From: Spirochaetaceae bacterium
GTDB lineage: Bacteria > Spirochaetota > Spirochaetia > DSM-2461
DNA: 64,000 nt
Direction of reading: 5' to 3'
Assembly: GCA_051531975.1 (NCBI GenBank)
Contig: JAOPTT010000009.1
Coordinates: 465,456-529,455 of the forward strand
Below the pieces are notes generated by a model. That model had not been told where the DNA came from. It did no database searches and worked only from the letters and a program-made list of their open reading frames with translations. The position numbers and the translations under genes are program-made. This document shows, in pieces, positions 39,626-49,036 of the stretch (the stretch's first letter is position 1; each line of letters opens with the position of its first letter).

Positions 39626-41224
39626 ATGGGCGATTTTGATGACATAATAGGGCTACCAACAGGGGGCCAAGGTGAAGATATCTCTGTACTTCCATCTTTT
39701 AATGATCTTTTTGACGAAGAAGATGGTGGAGCATATGCTGAAGAAAAGGAAATCTTTGACGATATAAAGGTTTTTAAAGGACCAATTGTAAAAAATATAT
39801 TTGGTGAAAAATTTTATAAAATAGTTCTTCAAAATGAAGATGAACTAGCTCAAAAACTTCATACTTCTTTAGCATCATTTTTGAAAGCAACAGATCCCCA
39901 GGATAAAACTATGTTTCGTGGTCGTCTAGAACCAGTTGTTTGGGATATGGTAGGTAAAATAGCTCAGAAAGTAGGAAATGCTCTTCCAATGGAGAAGAAA
40001 CTGTTTTTACGGTATGCATTACTTCTTCCATCATTAATTAGTAAAGAACAGAAAAAGAACTTTTCATCAATAATTATCGATAATAAACATGGTGAACCTG
40101 TACATTATTTAGATGAATGGTTAGAGATGGTAACATTAGGGGAAGTCTCTCCTCTTGGCTCAGATGAAGCTCCAGTTAAAGCTACACAAAAAAGAGGAAA
40201 ATCTGGTCTTAGAATGCAAAAAGATAAATTTTCTGGTGTCTATGATGGGAAGCTTGCAACTCTTAAAAGTCTTCAGAAAAAAAGATCTATTATGGAAAAA
40301 TCAATAGTAAACCATATTAAGTCGCTAACTTCCCATTCTCCACATCCAAATCTTGCTCCAATAGAAATGCCATATTCATCAATTCAGAAAAGTTCTTTAG
40401 TTGAACTTATAACTACAACAAAGGACCTGCAGAGAATAGACAGAGAATTTAGTGCAGCAATTCAAGATGCTAAAGCTTCTAAGGTTAAGCTAGATGATGT
40501 CTTGCAACGAATGGACAATGAACCTACTGAGTCCGTTGATCCATCAATTATTAAAAAAGAAGTTAATAATCTTAGACAGATACATAAAATGTGCGTTGGT
40601 AGACAGGGGAATCACTTCCCCGTTTTACACGGGAATTATATATCTACTAATTTTAACGATATTGCAACTAGGGAACAGATCTTAGTTATTATGAAGGATG
40701 TAGAAAGTTTTGACCCTGGTGCATTTCAAAGAATTCACAAACGTGAAGCTCATAGAATTGTTCCCCATGTTATCATTATTCCTTGCTATGGAGATAAAGG
40801 TGTTTGTTGGGAGCCATTTGAAAAATTTAACAGAGCTACAAGTCGTGGGCGAATTGCCGTACCACTCTATCCAAAAAATATAAAACTAGCGGTTATTACA
40901 GCTATTGCCGATCTTAGATGGGAAGTTGCTAAAGCAAAAGCTCAATACTATTGGATGGAAGAGGGTATTACTGGAAAATACTTCCAGTGGTTCGATGAAA
41001 ATAAAATGCGTGGTGATGTAAAAATGAAGTTTATCGAAGACTATATTTTATGGATTACAAAAGAAAGTGCTGGAACTCAGAAACTAGATAAAGAGGTTAG
41101 GGGTATTTTTTGGAGAAACTTACCGTTTCCAAAAGAGACTAGAGAATATCTTAAAAATCGTGGATTTGTATATAACGAATTATATAAAAAGGATAATAAT
41201 CGAGAGCTTAGTAGTGGTTACTAA
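39626..41224 (+). CDS. Conserved-looking hypothetical cytoplasmic protein with central coiled coil
   Basis: 532-aa ORF; acidic N-terminus, heptad-rich middle, W/G-rich globular C-terminus (MCVGRQGNHFP, GVCWEPFE, YWMEEGITG). Confidence 0.75.
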   Translation: MGDFDDIIGLPTGGQGEDISVLPSFNDLFDEEDGGAYAEEKEIFDDIKVFKGPIVKNIFGEKFYKIVLQNEDELAQKLHTSLASFLKATDPQDKTMFRGRLEPVVWDMVGKIAQKVGNALPMEKKLFLRYALLLPSLISKEQKKNFSSIIIDNKHGEPVHYLDEWLEMVTLGEVSPLGSDEAPVKATQKRGKSGLRMQKDKFSGVYDGKLATLKSLQKKRSIMEKSIVNHIKSLTSHSPHPNLAPIEMPYSSIQKSSLVELITTTKDLQRIDREFSAAIQDAKASKVKLDDVLQRMDNEPTESVDPSIIKKEVNNLRQIHKMCVGRQGNHFPVLHGNYISTNFNDIATREQILVIMKDVESFDPGAFQRIHKREAHRIVPHVIIIPCYGDKGVCWEPFEKFNRATSRGRIAVPLYPKNIKLAVITAIADLRWEVAKAKAQYYWMEEGITGKYFQWFDENKMRGDVKMKFIEDYILWITKESAGTQKLDKEVRGIFWRNLPFPKETREYLKNRGFVYNELYKKDNNRELSSGY

Positions 41225-41234
41225 AAGACGGAAA

Positions 41235-41519
41235 CTACCGTCTTCTAGGTTTGATTAGCGGCTCTAAATATTTCTCTAAATCATATTTAGCAATTACAAA
41301 CTTTGTAATTTTTGAATAAACAACAAATGCTAAAACCATACCACCTAATATCGCAGCAATTAAAAATGGTATATAAATTGTGTGTCCTGGTTCATAACCT
41401 AAAGCTTTTAATGTAAAAGATACTCCAGCTAAAAGACCCATAATAAAAATTATCATTAATAATATATTTAACACCGTACCAGCTAAAACAAATAATATTG
41501 TACTTAATTTTTTATTCAT
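41235..41519 (-). CDS. Small two-TM membrane protein downstream of the lspA-like gene
   Basis: Two hydrophobic helices and a basic C-terminus; start overlaps the lspA-like stop. Confidence 0.7.
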   Translation of the reverse strand: MNKKLSTILFVLAGTVLNILLMIIFIMGLLAGVSFTLKALGYEPGHTIYIPFLIAAILGGMVLAFVVYSKITKFVIAKYDLEKYLEPLIKPRRR

Positions 41520-41985
41520 GTTGAATGTTACTCCTGTTTTTTATAATTAAGGATATTAACATAATAATGATACAAAAGACTACAGTCAGATCAGCAATAT
41601 TAAATATTGGTATAAATTGTGGCTGAGTTAAATGTATAAAAACTAGTTTACCTTCTGGCCTAATTATTCTATCTATAGTATTTCCAAGGACTCCTGAAAT
41701 TAGCGCCCATAGAGTCCATCGTTGTAACTTAATATAATAATTGCTTCTGATTAAAGAAATAATTAATATGATTACAACAACAATAGGGATTACTATTTGT
41801 ATTATTAATTGAGTTCTTCCATCAGTATATATAATGCTATTATCGTTTTGGTTTGTTAAATATAAACCCCTAATAAGAGGAATCCTATCAAATATTGTTG
41901 TATATTTATTTATTAAAATTTTTGAACTTTGATCTAATAATAAAAGGAAGAGACAAAGAGCTACTGGTAATCTGTTTCCTGCCAA
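41512..41985 (-). CDS. lspA: Signal peptidase II (LspA)-like protein with degenerate active-site motifs
   Basis: DQSSK, GVLGNTIDR and PIFNIAD are retained; the V-D-F motif reads L-V-F and the NxGxxF motif is absent. Confidence 0.7.
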   Translation of the reverse strand: MAGNRLPVALCLFLLLLDQSSKILINKYTTIFDRIPLIRGLYLTNQNDNSIIYTDGRTQLIIQIVIPIVVVIILIISLIRSNYYIKLQRWTLWALISGVLGNTIDRIIRPEGKLVFIHLTQPQFIPIFNIADLTVVFCIIIMLISLIIKNRSNIQHE

Positions 41986-41986
41986 T

Positions 41987-42745
41987 TTAAGCTCCAGTAG
42001 GGATATCTATAAAGAGTGTCTCTATCCCAAATTCTTTTGTTATCCACTGTCCAGTCTGCTTTACACCTAGAGTTTCAGTTGCATAATGTCCTGCACATAA
42101 CATGTTTATATTTTCTTCTAAACATTTATGGTAAACTTCATGACTTCTATCCCCTGTTATAAACAGGTCGATATTTTGTGTTATAGCTTCTTCTACAGAG
42201 TATGGTGATCCACCAGAAACTATGGCAATTGTTGATACTCTATTTTTGCCTCCAGGAATAATAAACACTGGTTCGTGATCTCCAAGAAGGATTTTTTTTA
42301 TATCATCAACCGGTTTTGGTTCAACTAATTGGCCTTTCACGCCAATATTAAAAGATTTATATTTACCAAATGGTTCTATATTTATCAAATTAAGCTGTTT
42401 GGCTAATCCAATATTGTTTCCAAGTTCCATATGTGCATCAAGGGGAAGGTGTGCTGCAAAAAGTGCTAATTTATTTTCTATTAGATATTTAACTCTGGTG
42501 TAATGATTACCTTTAATTGCTAAAGGTTTTCCCCAAAAAAGCCCATGGTGGCATAATATCAGGTCGGCACCCTGTTTTTTTGCCTGTTTAAACCCTTCTA
42601 AAGACGCATCAACCATTAATGCTACTTTTTTAATATCCATTTCTAAGTCCCCAACCTGTACCCCATTTAGGGAAGGATCAGTAGAATTATAGGGTTCCAT
42701 ATCAAGTTTTTTTGTCAAAGAGTATTCCAAATCGCATAGTTTCAT
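41987..42745 (-). CDS. Nif3-like dinuclear metal-centre protein
   Basis: NGVQVG, CHHGLFW, AHLPLDAH..LGNN, AGHYATE. Confidence 0.93.
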   Translation of the reverse strand: MKLCDLEYSLTKKLDMEPYNSTDPSLNGVQVGDLEMDIKKVALMVDASLEGFKQAKKQGADLILCHHGLFWGKPLAIKGNHYTRVKYLIENKLALFAAHLPLDAHMELGNNIGLAKQLNLINIEPFGKYKSFNIGVKGQLVEPKPVDDIKKILLGDHEPVFIIPGGKNRVSTIAIVSGGSPYSVEEAITQNIDLFITGDRSHEVYHKCLEENINMLCAGHYATETLGVKQTGQWITKEFGIETLFIDIPTGA

Positions 42746-42833
42746 AAAATCATATTAAAACTAAATAATTGGTGATGCAAGTAAATATAAATGTTTATTG
42801 TTTTTTCTTGTATTATAATGTTATAATATAACT

Positions 42834-44315
42834 ATGATTTCTGAAAAACAAAAAGTTAAAATATTCTCGGCATTAACCAAATCAATTCCTATAACAATTA
42901 CCACTCATAAAGTATCTAGAGATACAGAATTAAGGATAGAAGCAATTCTAGAACTAATTTTAGGTGAATTTGGATTAAGTGAAGTTTATGATAAAATTTC
43001 ATACTGCTTAAAAGAGATTATCACAAATGCAAAAAAGGCTAATACAAAACGTGTTTATTTTGAAATGAATGGCTTAAAAATGGATTCTGCTGAAGATTAT
43101 AAAAGAGGTATGAAATCATTTAAAGAGGATACTTTATCAAATATAGAACACTATCTAAATATGCAAGAAGATGCTGGGTTATATGTTAAGATATCTTTTC
43201 AATCCCAGGGTAGCGACTTAGTTCTTACTGTAAAAAATAATTCAGAGATCTCACAAAAAGAACTTTCAAGAGTTTATGATAGAATGGCTAGAGCAAGAAC
43301 ATATCACTCCATGGAAGAAGCTTTTTCTGAAATTCTAGATGACTCCGAAGGTGCAGGGCTTGGAATCGTAATTATGGTTCTTATGCTTAAAAAAATTGGA
43401 TTAACAGAAGAAGCATTTGAAATAACAGTTAATAAGGGTGTTACAAGTGCTGCATTAACACTACGAATGTCAGATGTTAGAGCAGAAGGAATTGAATTAT
43501 TAATTGATGAGATTGTTAATGGTATTGATAGTATTCCTCAGTTCCCTGAAAATATACGTAGAATTCAGAATCTTATAAACGATGCGGATTCTTCAATGAC
43601 TGATATAGCAAAACAGATAAGTATTGATCCTGCTATGACAGCAGATGTACTAAAAATTGTTAATTCATCTCAATTCATGTTACCTAATAAAGTTGAAAAT
43701 CTTTTAAGTGCAGTATCATTAATTGGAATGAAGGGTTTAAGAGACCTTATATTAAGATATGGTGCGCAAAAAACTCTTAAATTTGAAGGTAGTAAAGAGT
43801 TGTGGCAACATTCCCATTTTGTTGCTTTCTCAGCATATTCATTAGCTAGAGGTAGAAGATTATCTAAAGAGGTTGCAGAAGATGCATTTATGGGTGGTAT
43901 TTTACATGATATTGGTAAAGCAGTATTTGCTAATATCAGCACAGGTTTAATGACTCGATTTCATGATATTGCAAAAAATAAAGAGCTTCCAACAAAAATA
44001 ATAGAAGACCTCTTTGCAGGATATAATCATGCAGAGATAGGTGCTAGAATTGCTGAAAAATGGAATTTCCCAGAATCTTTAGTTGGATGTATTAGATTCC
44101 ATCACGATCCATTAAAATGTAGAAAGTCTGATAGAGGGTATGTTTTTGCTCTATATTTAGCCAATATAATTTGTGGGTATGAAATTGATGATATATCTTA
44201 CGATCAGATTGAACCTCAGATCCTGGGCTATTTTAACATACATAACGAAGATGATTTAGAAATGATTATATCTGAACTTCAGACGAAATTTAGTAGAGAG
44301 CAATCAACCTTCTAA
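42834..44315 (+). CDS. HATPase-like + HDOD domain signalling protein
   Basis: KEIITNAKKAN and DSEGAGLG in the N-terminus; DPAMTADVLKIVNS, LWQHS, LHDIGK, HAEIGARIAEKWNFP, FHH. Confidence 0.88.
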   Translation: MISEKQKVKIFSALTKSIPITITTHKVSRDTELRIEAILELILGEFGLSEVYDKISYCLKEIITNAKKANTKRVYFEMNGLKMDSAEDYKRGMKSFKEDTLSNIEHYLNMQEDAGLYVKISFQSQGSDLVLTVKNNSEISQKELSRVYDRMARARTYHSMEEAFSEILDDSEGAGLGIVIMVLMLKKIGLTEEAFEITVNKGVTSAALTLRMSDVRAEGIELLIDEIVNGIDSIPQFPENIRRIQNLINDADSSMTDIAKQISIDPAMTADVLKIVNSSQFMLPNKVENLLSAVSLIGMKGLRDLILRYGAQKTLKFEGSKELWQHSHFVAFSAYSLARGRRLSKEVAEDAFMGGILHDIGKAVFANISTGLMTRFHDIAKNKELPTKIIEDLFAGYNHAEIGARIAEKWNFPESLVGCIRFHHDPLKCRKSDRGYVFALYLANIICGYEIDDISYDQIEPQILGYFNIHNEDDLEMIISELQTKFSREQSTF

Positions 44316-45056
44316 GATATACTCTTGCCATCGTTGTAATAATATGGATGTAGCATTTGCTACATTTAAAGAACTTTTACTTCCTAATAGTGGTATAGAT
44401 ACCCGTCCTAAACTTTTGTCTGCAAGTTTTAAAGCATCAGGAGAAACACCTAACTCTTCGCTACCAATAATAACAGTTCCTGTTTTAGGAAACTTAAACT
44501 TGTTAATTGATGTTCCTCCAAGTTCTAAGGCAAATATTGGTCCTTCAATTTCTGAAACCTGAGTTCTTTGCCAATTTACTAGATCTATACAGCCCATAGA
44601 AGTTCTAATTGCTCTATTATGCCCTGGATCAGTAGTATTCTCTGATAATAAAACAGTTGAAACACCAAAACATTCCGCAGTTCTGAAAATAGAACCTAGA
44701 TTAAAGGGAGAACGTATATCGTCAAGGAAGATATTTATTCCAATTTCTTTTCTAGTTCTATTTTGATTATCAAGGGGAGCAATAAAGTCCCACTCACTTG
44801 GTTCAACTTTTAAATGACCCATTATTGAATGTCTTATACTGTTTATTATTCTTAACTCTATTTGTAAGGTGATAAGACTTTTAGTTTTATTTGGAATATG
44901 TTCTTCTGAAAGTATATTTTTTAGCACTGATAAATAATATGGCTTGTTATAATTTGTACCCTGGGTTAACTCTTTTTCAAGTCCTTGTAATATAACTATA
45001 TATTTCCTAAACCTAGTACCTTCTTTTAAAGTATTAAGCTTTTTTATTGTTATCAT
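44304..45056 (-). CDS. TrmH/SpoU-family RNA methyltransferase
   Basis: DIRSPFNLGSIFRTA, IGSEELGVS, SSLNVANA. Confidence 0.92.
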   Translation of the reverse strand: MITIKKLNTLKEGTRFRKYIVILQGLEKELTQGTNYNKPYYLSVLKNILSEEHIPNKTKSLITLQIELRIINSIRHSIMGHLKVEPSEWDFIAPLDNQNRTRKEIGINIFLDDIRSPFNLGSIFRTAECFGVSTVLLSENTTDPGHNRAIRTSMGCIDLVNWQRTQVSEIEGPIFALELGGTSINKFKFPKTGTVIIGSEELGVSPDALKLADKSLGRVSIPLLGSKSSLNVANATSILLQRWQEYILEG

Positions 45057-46012
45057 TAAAAAGCATCTTCAACTATTTTCATTATATCTGAATTGTCACT
45101 TATGATATCTTTAAATTGATCTAGGGTAAAACCTAATTCTGTTAATCTTGTTGGGATCGTATATTTGTCTAATATTTCACGGATTTTTAAGCTTAAACCA
45201 GATTCACCTTTTTTGGTTAAGTAACTAGGTAGAAGTTTTGCACTAATTATATTTGGCTCACAATTAAATCTATTTCCTGTAATCCAAGAGTAAAAAGTAG
45301 GTGTTAACTCTATATCAGATGATGCCCCATGATATAGGTTTGCTGTTAATCCGTACCGGCTAATTTTATCAACATCTAGATTGTCATCTTCTAGGTCTTT
45401 TAAAATTCTATTAAATAGGTTTTTGCTCTCTTCTATAGAAATTATATTATTTTGTGGGTTGGTGAATAGTTGGCTTAAATCAAATAAAATTGAAAGTGCC
45501 GTTAATACGATCCCAATTGAGTCAGTTTCTCTTATGAATTTATTATCAACATGTATTTCAGATATGCTTTCTAGAGATAGATGTGTCTTTATATAGTTAT
45601 CACTTACTCTGTTTGAATAATTTGATTGTGGAATTAATAAATAAGGATTATAAAGTAGTGTTGGAATTTCAAAATAATTCAACGATAGGTTGTCGGCAAT
45701 AGAACGACCACACATCCTTTGAGCTACTCCACCTATAGAAACTATAGAAGTAACACTAAATGTTTCTGCTCGTTCTTTTATTTTATCTATATCATCAATA
45801 TTAACAAAACCTTTACGCATATTACTTTGTATAAAGGTTAGACTATATTTTACAAATTGTTCTTTAAGCAGTGTTATTGAATTTCTATCTTTAGGATCTA
45901 AGGAACAGATAAGGAGTATTCTATTCCCAAAGTCCTGAAGTTTGCTTCCTAAATCTAAATGAGCTTCTGAATTATATGCTAATTTAGGATTTATTTTTGA
46001 AAGTGTAAACAT
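45056..46012 (-). CDS. Degenerate iron-containing alcohol dehydrogenase-fold protein
   Basis: GNRILLI, IVSIGG, EIPT and IPTRLTELG echo the Fe-ADH fold; GGGS..D and metal-binding His motifs are not seen. Confidence 0.55.
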   Translation of the reverse strand: MFTLSKINPKLAYNSEAHLDLGSKLQDFGNRILLICSLDPKDRNSITLLKEQFVKYSLTFIQSNMRKGFVNIDDIDKIKERAETFSVTSIVSIGGVAQRMCGRSIADNLSLNYFEIPTLLYNPYLLIPQSNYSNRVSDNYIKTHLSLESISEIHVDNKFIRETDSIGIVLTALSILFDLSQLFTNPQNNIISIEESKNLFNRILKDLEDDNLDVDKISRYGLTANLYHGASSDIELTPTFYSWITGNRFNCEPNIISAKLLPSYLTKKGESGLSLKIREILDKYTIPTRLTELGFTLDQFKDIISDNSDIMKIVEDAF

Positions 46013-46017
46013 TCTTA

Positions 46018-46302
46018 TTAAAGGCCAAAATCTTCCATTATTTTTTCTGCAACTGAATTTATTACAGTATCATTAATGTAATTTGGATCAGCTAGTTTAG
46101 CTTTTACCTCGGCAACTCTGTCTTCTCTGATATCAGGAGCATTGTTTGCAACATTTGCAGCTTTAATTAATTCAGCTTTACTAATAGCAGATTTTGAAAC
46201 CTTAATGGAATCTGTCTTATTAATCTGTTGCTTAGGCTGAACCTTGTTTGCGCTGTTGTACTTGCTGATCGGATCTGTTGGTCCAACTCTGTTTATTGTC
46301 AT
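46018..46302 (-). CDS. flgM: Anti-sigma28 factor FlgM
   Basis: DSIKVSKSA, PDIREDRVAEVKAKL..Y, VAEKI; GGAG SD; sigma28 promoter upstream. Confidence 0.9.
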   Translation of the reverse strand: MTINRVGPTDPISKYNSANKVQPKQQINKTDSIKVSKSAISKAELIKAANVANNAPDIREDRVAEVKAKLADPNYINDTVINSVAEKIMEDFGL

Positions 46303-46322
46303 AATTTCTCCTTAGGTTCTTA

Positions 46323-46350
46323 TGATCGACACAATATAATATAAACTTTA
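46323..46350 (-). promoter_or_regulatory. sigma28 (FliA) promoter of flgM
   Basis: Minus strand TAAA-N16-GTCGATCA (consensus TAAA-N15/16-GCCGATAA); -35 overlaps the rsmI TAA stop. Confidence 0.7.
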
Positions 46351-47022
46351 TTCGTTTCCTGCTATAAGTATTGCGAACTCTCCCTTAATTGTAGTCCTTG
46401 TTTTAAAATTTTCCAATACTTCTTGTGTTGTTCCTTGAATGAATTCTTCAAAAGTTTTAGTTATCTCTCGTCCAAGTAGTATATGTCTCTCAGAGTTAAT
46501 TTCGGCAAGCTGGGTTAAAAGCTTTACTATCCTATAAGGAGATTCGTAAATAATAAAAGATTCTTCCCTATTTAATAGCTCTGTTAACCTTTTTCCTCTC
46601 TTCCCTGATTTTTGGGGTAAAAACCCTTCAAATGTAACAGTTTTACCAACAAAGCCAGAAACACTAACCATTGCCCCAAAAGCATTTGGTCCAGGAATAG
46701 GTACTACTTCATGTTCACTTTCTCTAACTGCTCTTATTAAAACAGCTCCAGGATCACTTAATACAGGAGTACCTGCATCTGATACATATGCTATATCTTT
46801 ACCTTCGTTTAATAACTTAACAACACCAGGAGCAGCAACTTTTTCATTTCTTGCTCTAACACTTATTAGGTGTTTTTTTATTCCATAATGATTCAATAAT
46901 TTTGACGATTGTCTCGTATCTTCACAAGCAATTACATCCACATTTTTAAGTGTTTCTATCGCTCTATAAGTAATATCTTCTAGGTTTCCAATTGGCGTTG
47001 CGACCATATATAGTGTTGACAT
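46348..47022 (-). CDS. rsmI: 16S rRNA (cytidine1402-2'-O)-methyltransferase
   Basis: LYMVATPIGNLEDIT, ACEDTR, VSDAGTPVLSDPG, YESPYR, REITK.FEE. Confidence 0.96.
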   Translation of the reverse strand: MSTLYMVATPIGNLEDITYRAIETLKNVDVIACEDTRQSSKLLNHYGIKKHLISVRARNEKVAAPGVVKLLNEGKDIAYVSDAGTPVLSDPGAVLIRAVRESEHEVVPIPGPNAFGAMVSVSGFVGKTVTFEGFLPQKSGKRGKRLTELLNREESFIIYESPYRIVKLLTQLAEINSERHILLGREITKTFEEFIQGTTQEVLENFKTRTTIKGEFAILIAGNE

Positions 47023-47110
47023 AACTATAGTAAAAACTATTTAGAGTTTTATGTATAGTTAAAATTTATAATAACTTGATTATCTGTTCCATTATTACTA
47101 TATTTTTAAT

Positions 47111-49036
47111 GTGAACAAAATAGATTTTAAAATATATGTAGAGCATGGAATAGAAAAGCGTATAACATCCATAAATGATTATGATTATACGGAGTTTTGT
47201 GTTGATGAATTCGAAGATAAAATTCAGAACCATTTAGCTAGTAAAATATCCCAAAGCTTTATATTTTTTCTTACTCCCACAGCTCTTTCTCCTATGCATG
47301 ATTTTATGGTAAAACATGGCAAATCTAAATTTCAATTTGTAATAATTGGTGGCAAATTTCACGATGATGGTGAGATTCCATTAAATAGTGTTTTAAGTAT
47401 TCATAAAAGAAGTATCACTAAAAATAATTTCAAGTGGTTACTTGCAAAATTTAGGGACTACATTAGTGTAGAAAAGAGCCATGTTTCATACAATAGTCTT
47501 GAAGCAGATGATATTGCACAAGATCAAAAAGAGCTTATAGCTATTGGTCGTCTATTAGCCGAAGAGAGGAATAGGGATAAACTAATCCAAAAAATTCTTG
47601 AAACTTCTATTAAAATTACAGGTGCCGATGCAGGCTCAATTTTCTTAGTTGTTGCAAATGACGACGGAACTAAAGGTCTTTTATTTAAAAATTCTTTTAC
47701 ATTTAGTCGAAAGATAGATTTTCATGAGTTTGTAATGCCATTAAACGAAGAATCTATAGCAGGTTTTTGCGCCTGTAACGATGAAGTTGTTAATATTCCT
47801 GATGTATATCAAATTCCTGAAAGTGCGCCATTTTCATTTCATAGGGCAATAGATGAAAAATACGACTATGTATCTAAAAGTATGCTTGTATTCCCAATGA
47901 AAAATCATTTAGGTGAGATGCAGGGAGTTATCCAACTAATAAATAGTAAAGAACATTTTGATATAACTGATGACTATGATGAAACAGAATCCCATAAAAT
48001 ATACCTGGATAGCAAAGAGGATTTTTACAATAAAGTATATCCTTTTGCTGAAAGATACGAAGATTTAATGCTTGCTGTTGCAGGGCAAGCGACTGTTGCC
48101 CTAGATAACATTAAAATGATTAAACAGTTAGAGGGACAGTTTGATGGTATGGTCCGAGCTTCTGTTGATGCTATTGATTCCAAGGACCCCGCAACAAAAG
48201 GTCACTCGGCTAGAGTTGCAGAAATGGGCATCAGAATGCTTAAATGCATAAACAATTTAGAATGTGACAGATATAAAGATCTTTACTTCACTCCAAAAGA
48301 TTTGAAACAAATGGAATATGCAGCGATATTACATGACTATGGTAAAGTTTATATAGATAACGAGATTTTTTTAAAGGCAAAAAAACTATTTCCAAAAGAC
48401 TTTAGTATTCTAATGTTGAGGTTAGATCTGATTATTCATTCTCTAAGAAACTGCAAAGATGATGAAAGTCTTAGAAAAGCTGAAGAAGTTGTAAAAATAC
48501 GTGATAATGTAATTAAGCTCAATGAACCTAGAATCTTTAATGAAAATCCTAGTAAAATTATTGATGAACTGTTAATTCACAAAGATGAACTTATTGCCTA
48601 TGATAGTGACAATAATAAATTAATATTATTAACAGACGAAGAGATTGTAAATTTACAGATTTCTAGAGGAACATTAAACCAGAAAGAGCGGAAAGTTATA
48701 GAGTCTCACGTTACCTATACCCAGCACTTTTTAGAATCGATACCATGGCCTAAATATCTTGAACGGATTCCTGAAATAGCAGGAGGGCATCATGAATTGT
48801 TAGATGGTTCAGGATATCCTCTAGGGTTGTCTGGAGATCAGTTGTGTCTAGAATCTAGAGTATTAGCTATTTTAGATATATTTGATGCATTATCCGCTTC
48901 TGATAGACCTTATAAAGATGCAGTACCATTTGAACGAGTTAAATCAATTCTAATTGAGGAAGTAGGTCGAGGGAAACTCGATAAAGAACTTCTTGATCTC
49001 TTTTTAGAACATGAAATCTATGAAGGTTTATACTAA
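47111..49036 (+). CDS. GAF + HD-GYP cyclic-di-GMP phosphodiesterase
   Basis: ADAGSIF, SIAG..VNIPDVY GAF; GHSARVA, LHDYGK, HHELLDGSGYP, DIFDAL..DRPYK; GTG start. Confidence 0.92.
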   Translation: MNKIDFKIYVEHGIEKRITSINDYDYTEFCVDEFEDKIQNHLASKISQSFIFFLTPTALSPMHDFMVKHGKSKFQFVIIGGKFHDDGEIPLNSVLSIHKRSITKNNFKWLLAKFRDYISVEKSHVSYNSLEADDIAQDQKELIAIGRLLAEERNRDKLIQKILETSIKITGADAGSIFLVVANDDGTKGLLFKNSFTFSRKIDFHEFVMPLNEESIAGFCACNDEVVNIPDVYQIPESAPFSFHRAIDEKYDYVSKSMLVFPMKNHLGEMQGVIQLINSKEHFDITDDYDETESHKIYLDSKEDFYNKVYPFAERYEDLMLAVAGQATVALDNIKMIKQLEGQFDGMVRASVDAIDSKDPATKGHSARVAEMGIRMLKCINNLECDRYKDLYFTPKDLKQMEYAAILHDYGKVYIDNEIFLKAKKLFPKDFSILMLRLDLIIHSLRNCKDDESLRKAEEVVKIRDNVIKLNEPRIFNENPSKIIDELLIHKDELIAYDSDNNKLILLTDEEIVNLQISRGTLNQKERKVIESHVTYTQHFLESIPWPKYLERIPEIAGGHHELLDGSGYPLGLSGDQLCLESRVLAILDIFDALSASDRPYKDAVPFERVKSILIEEVGRGKLDKELLDLFLEHEIYEGLY

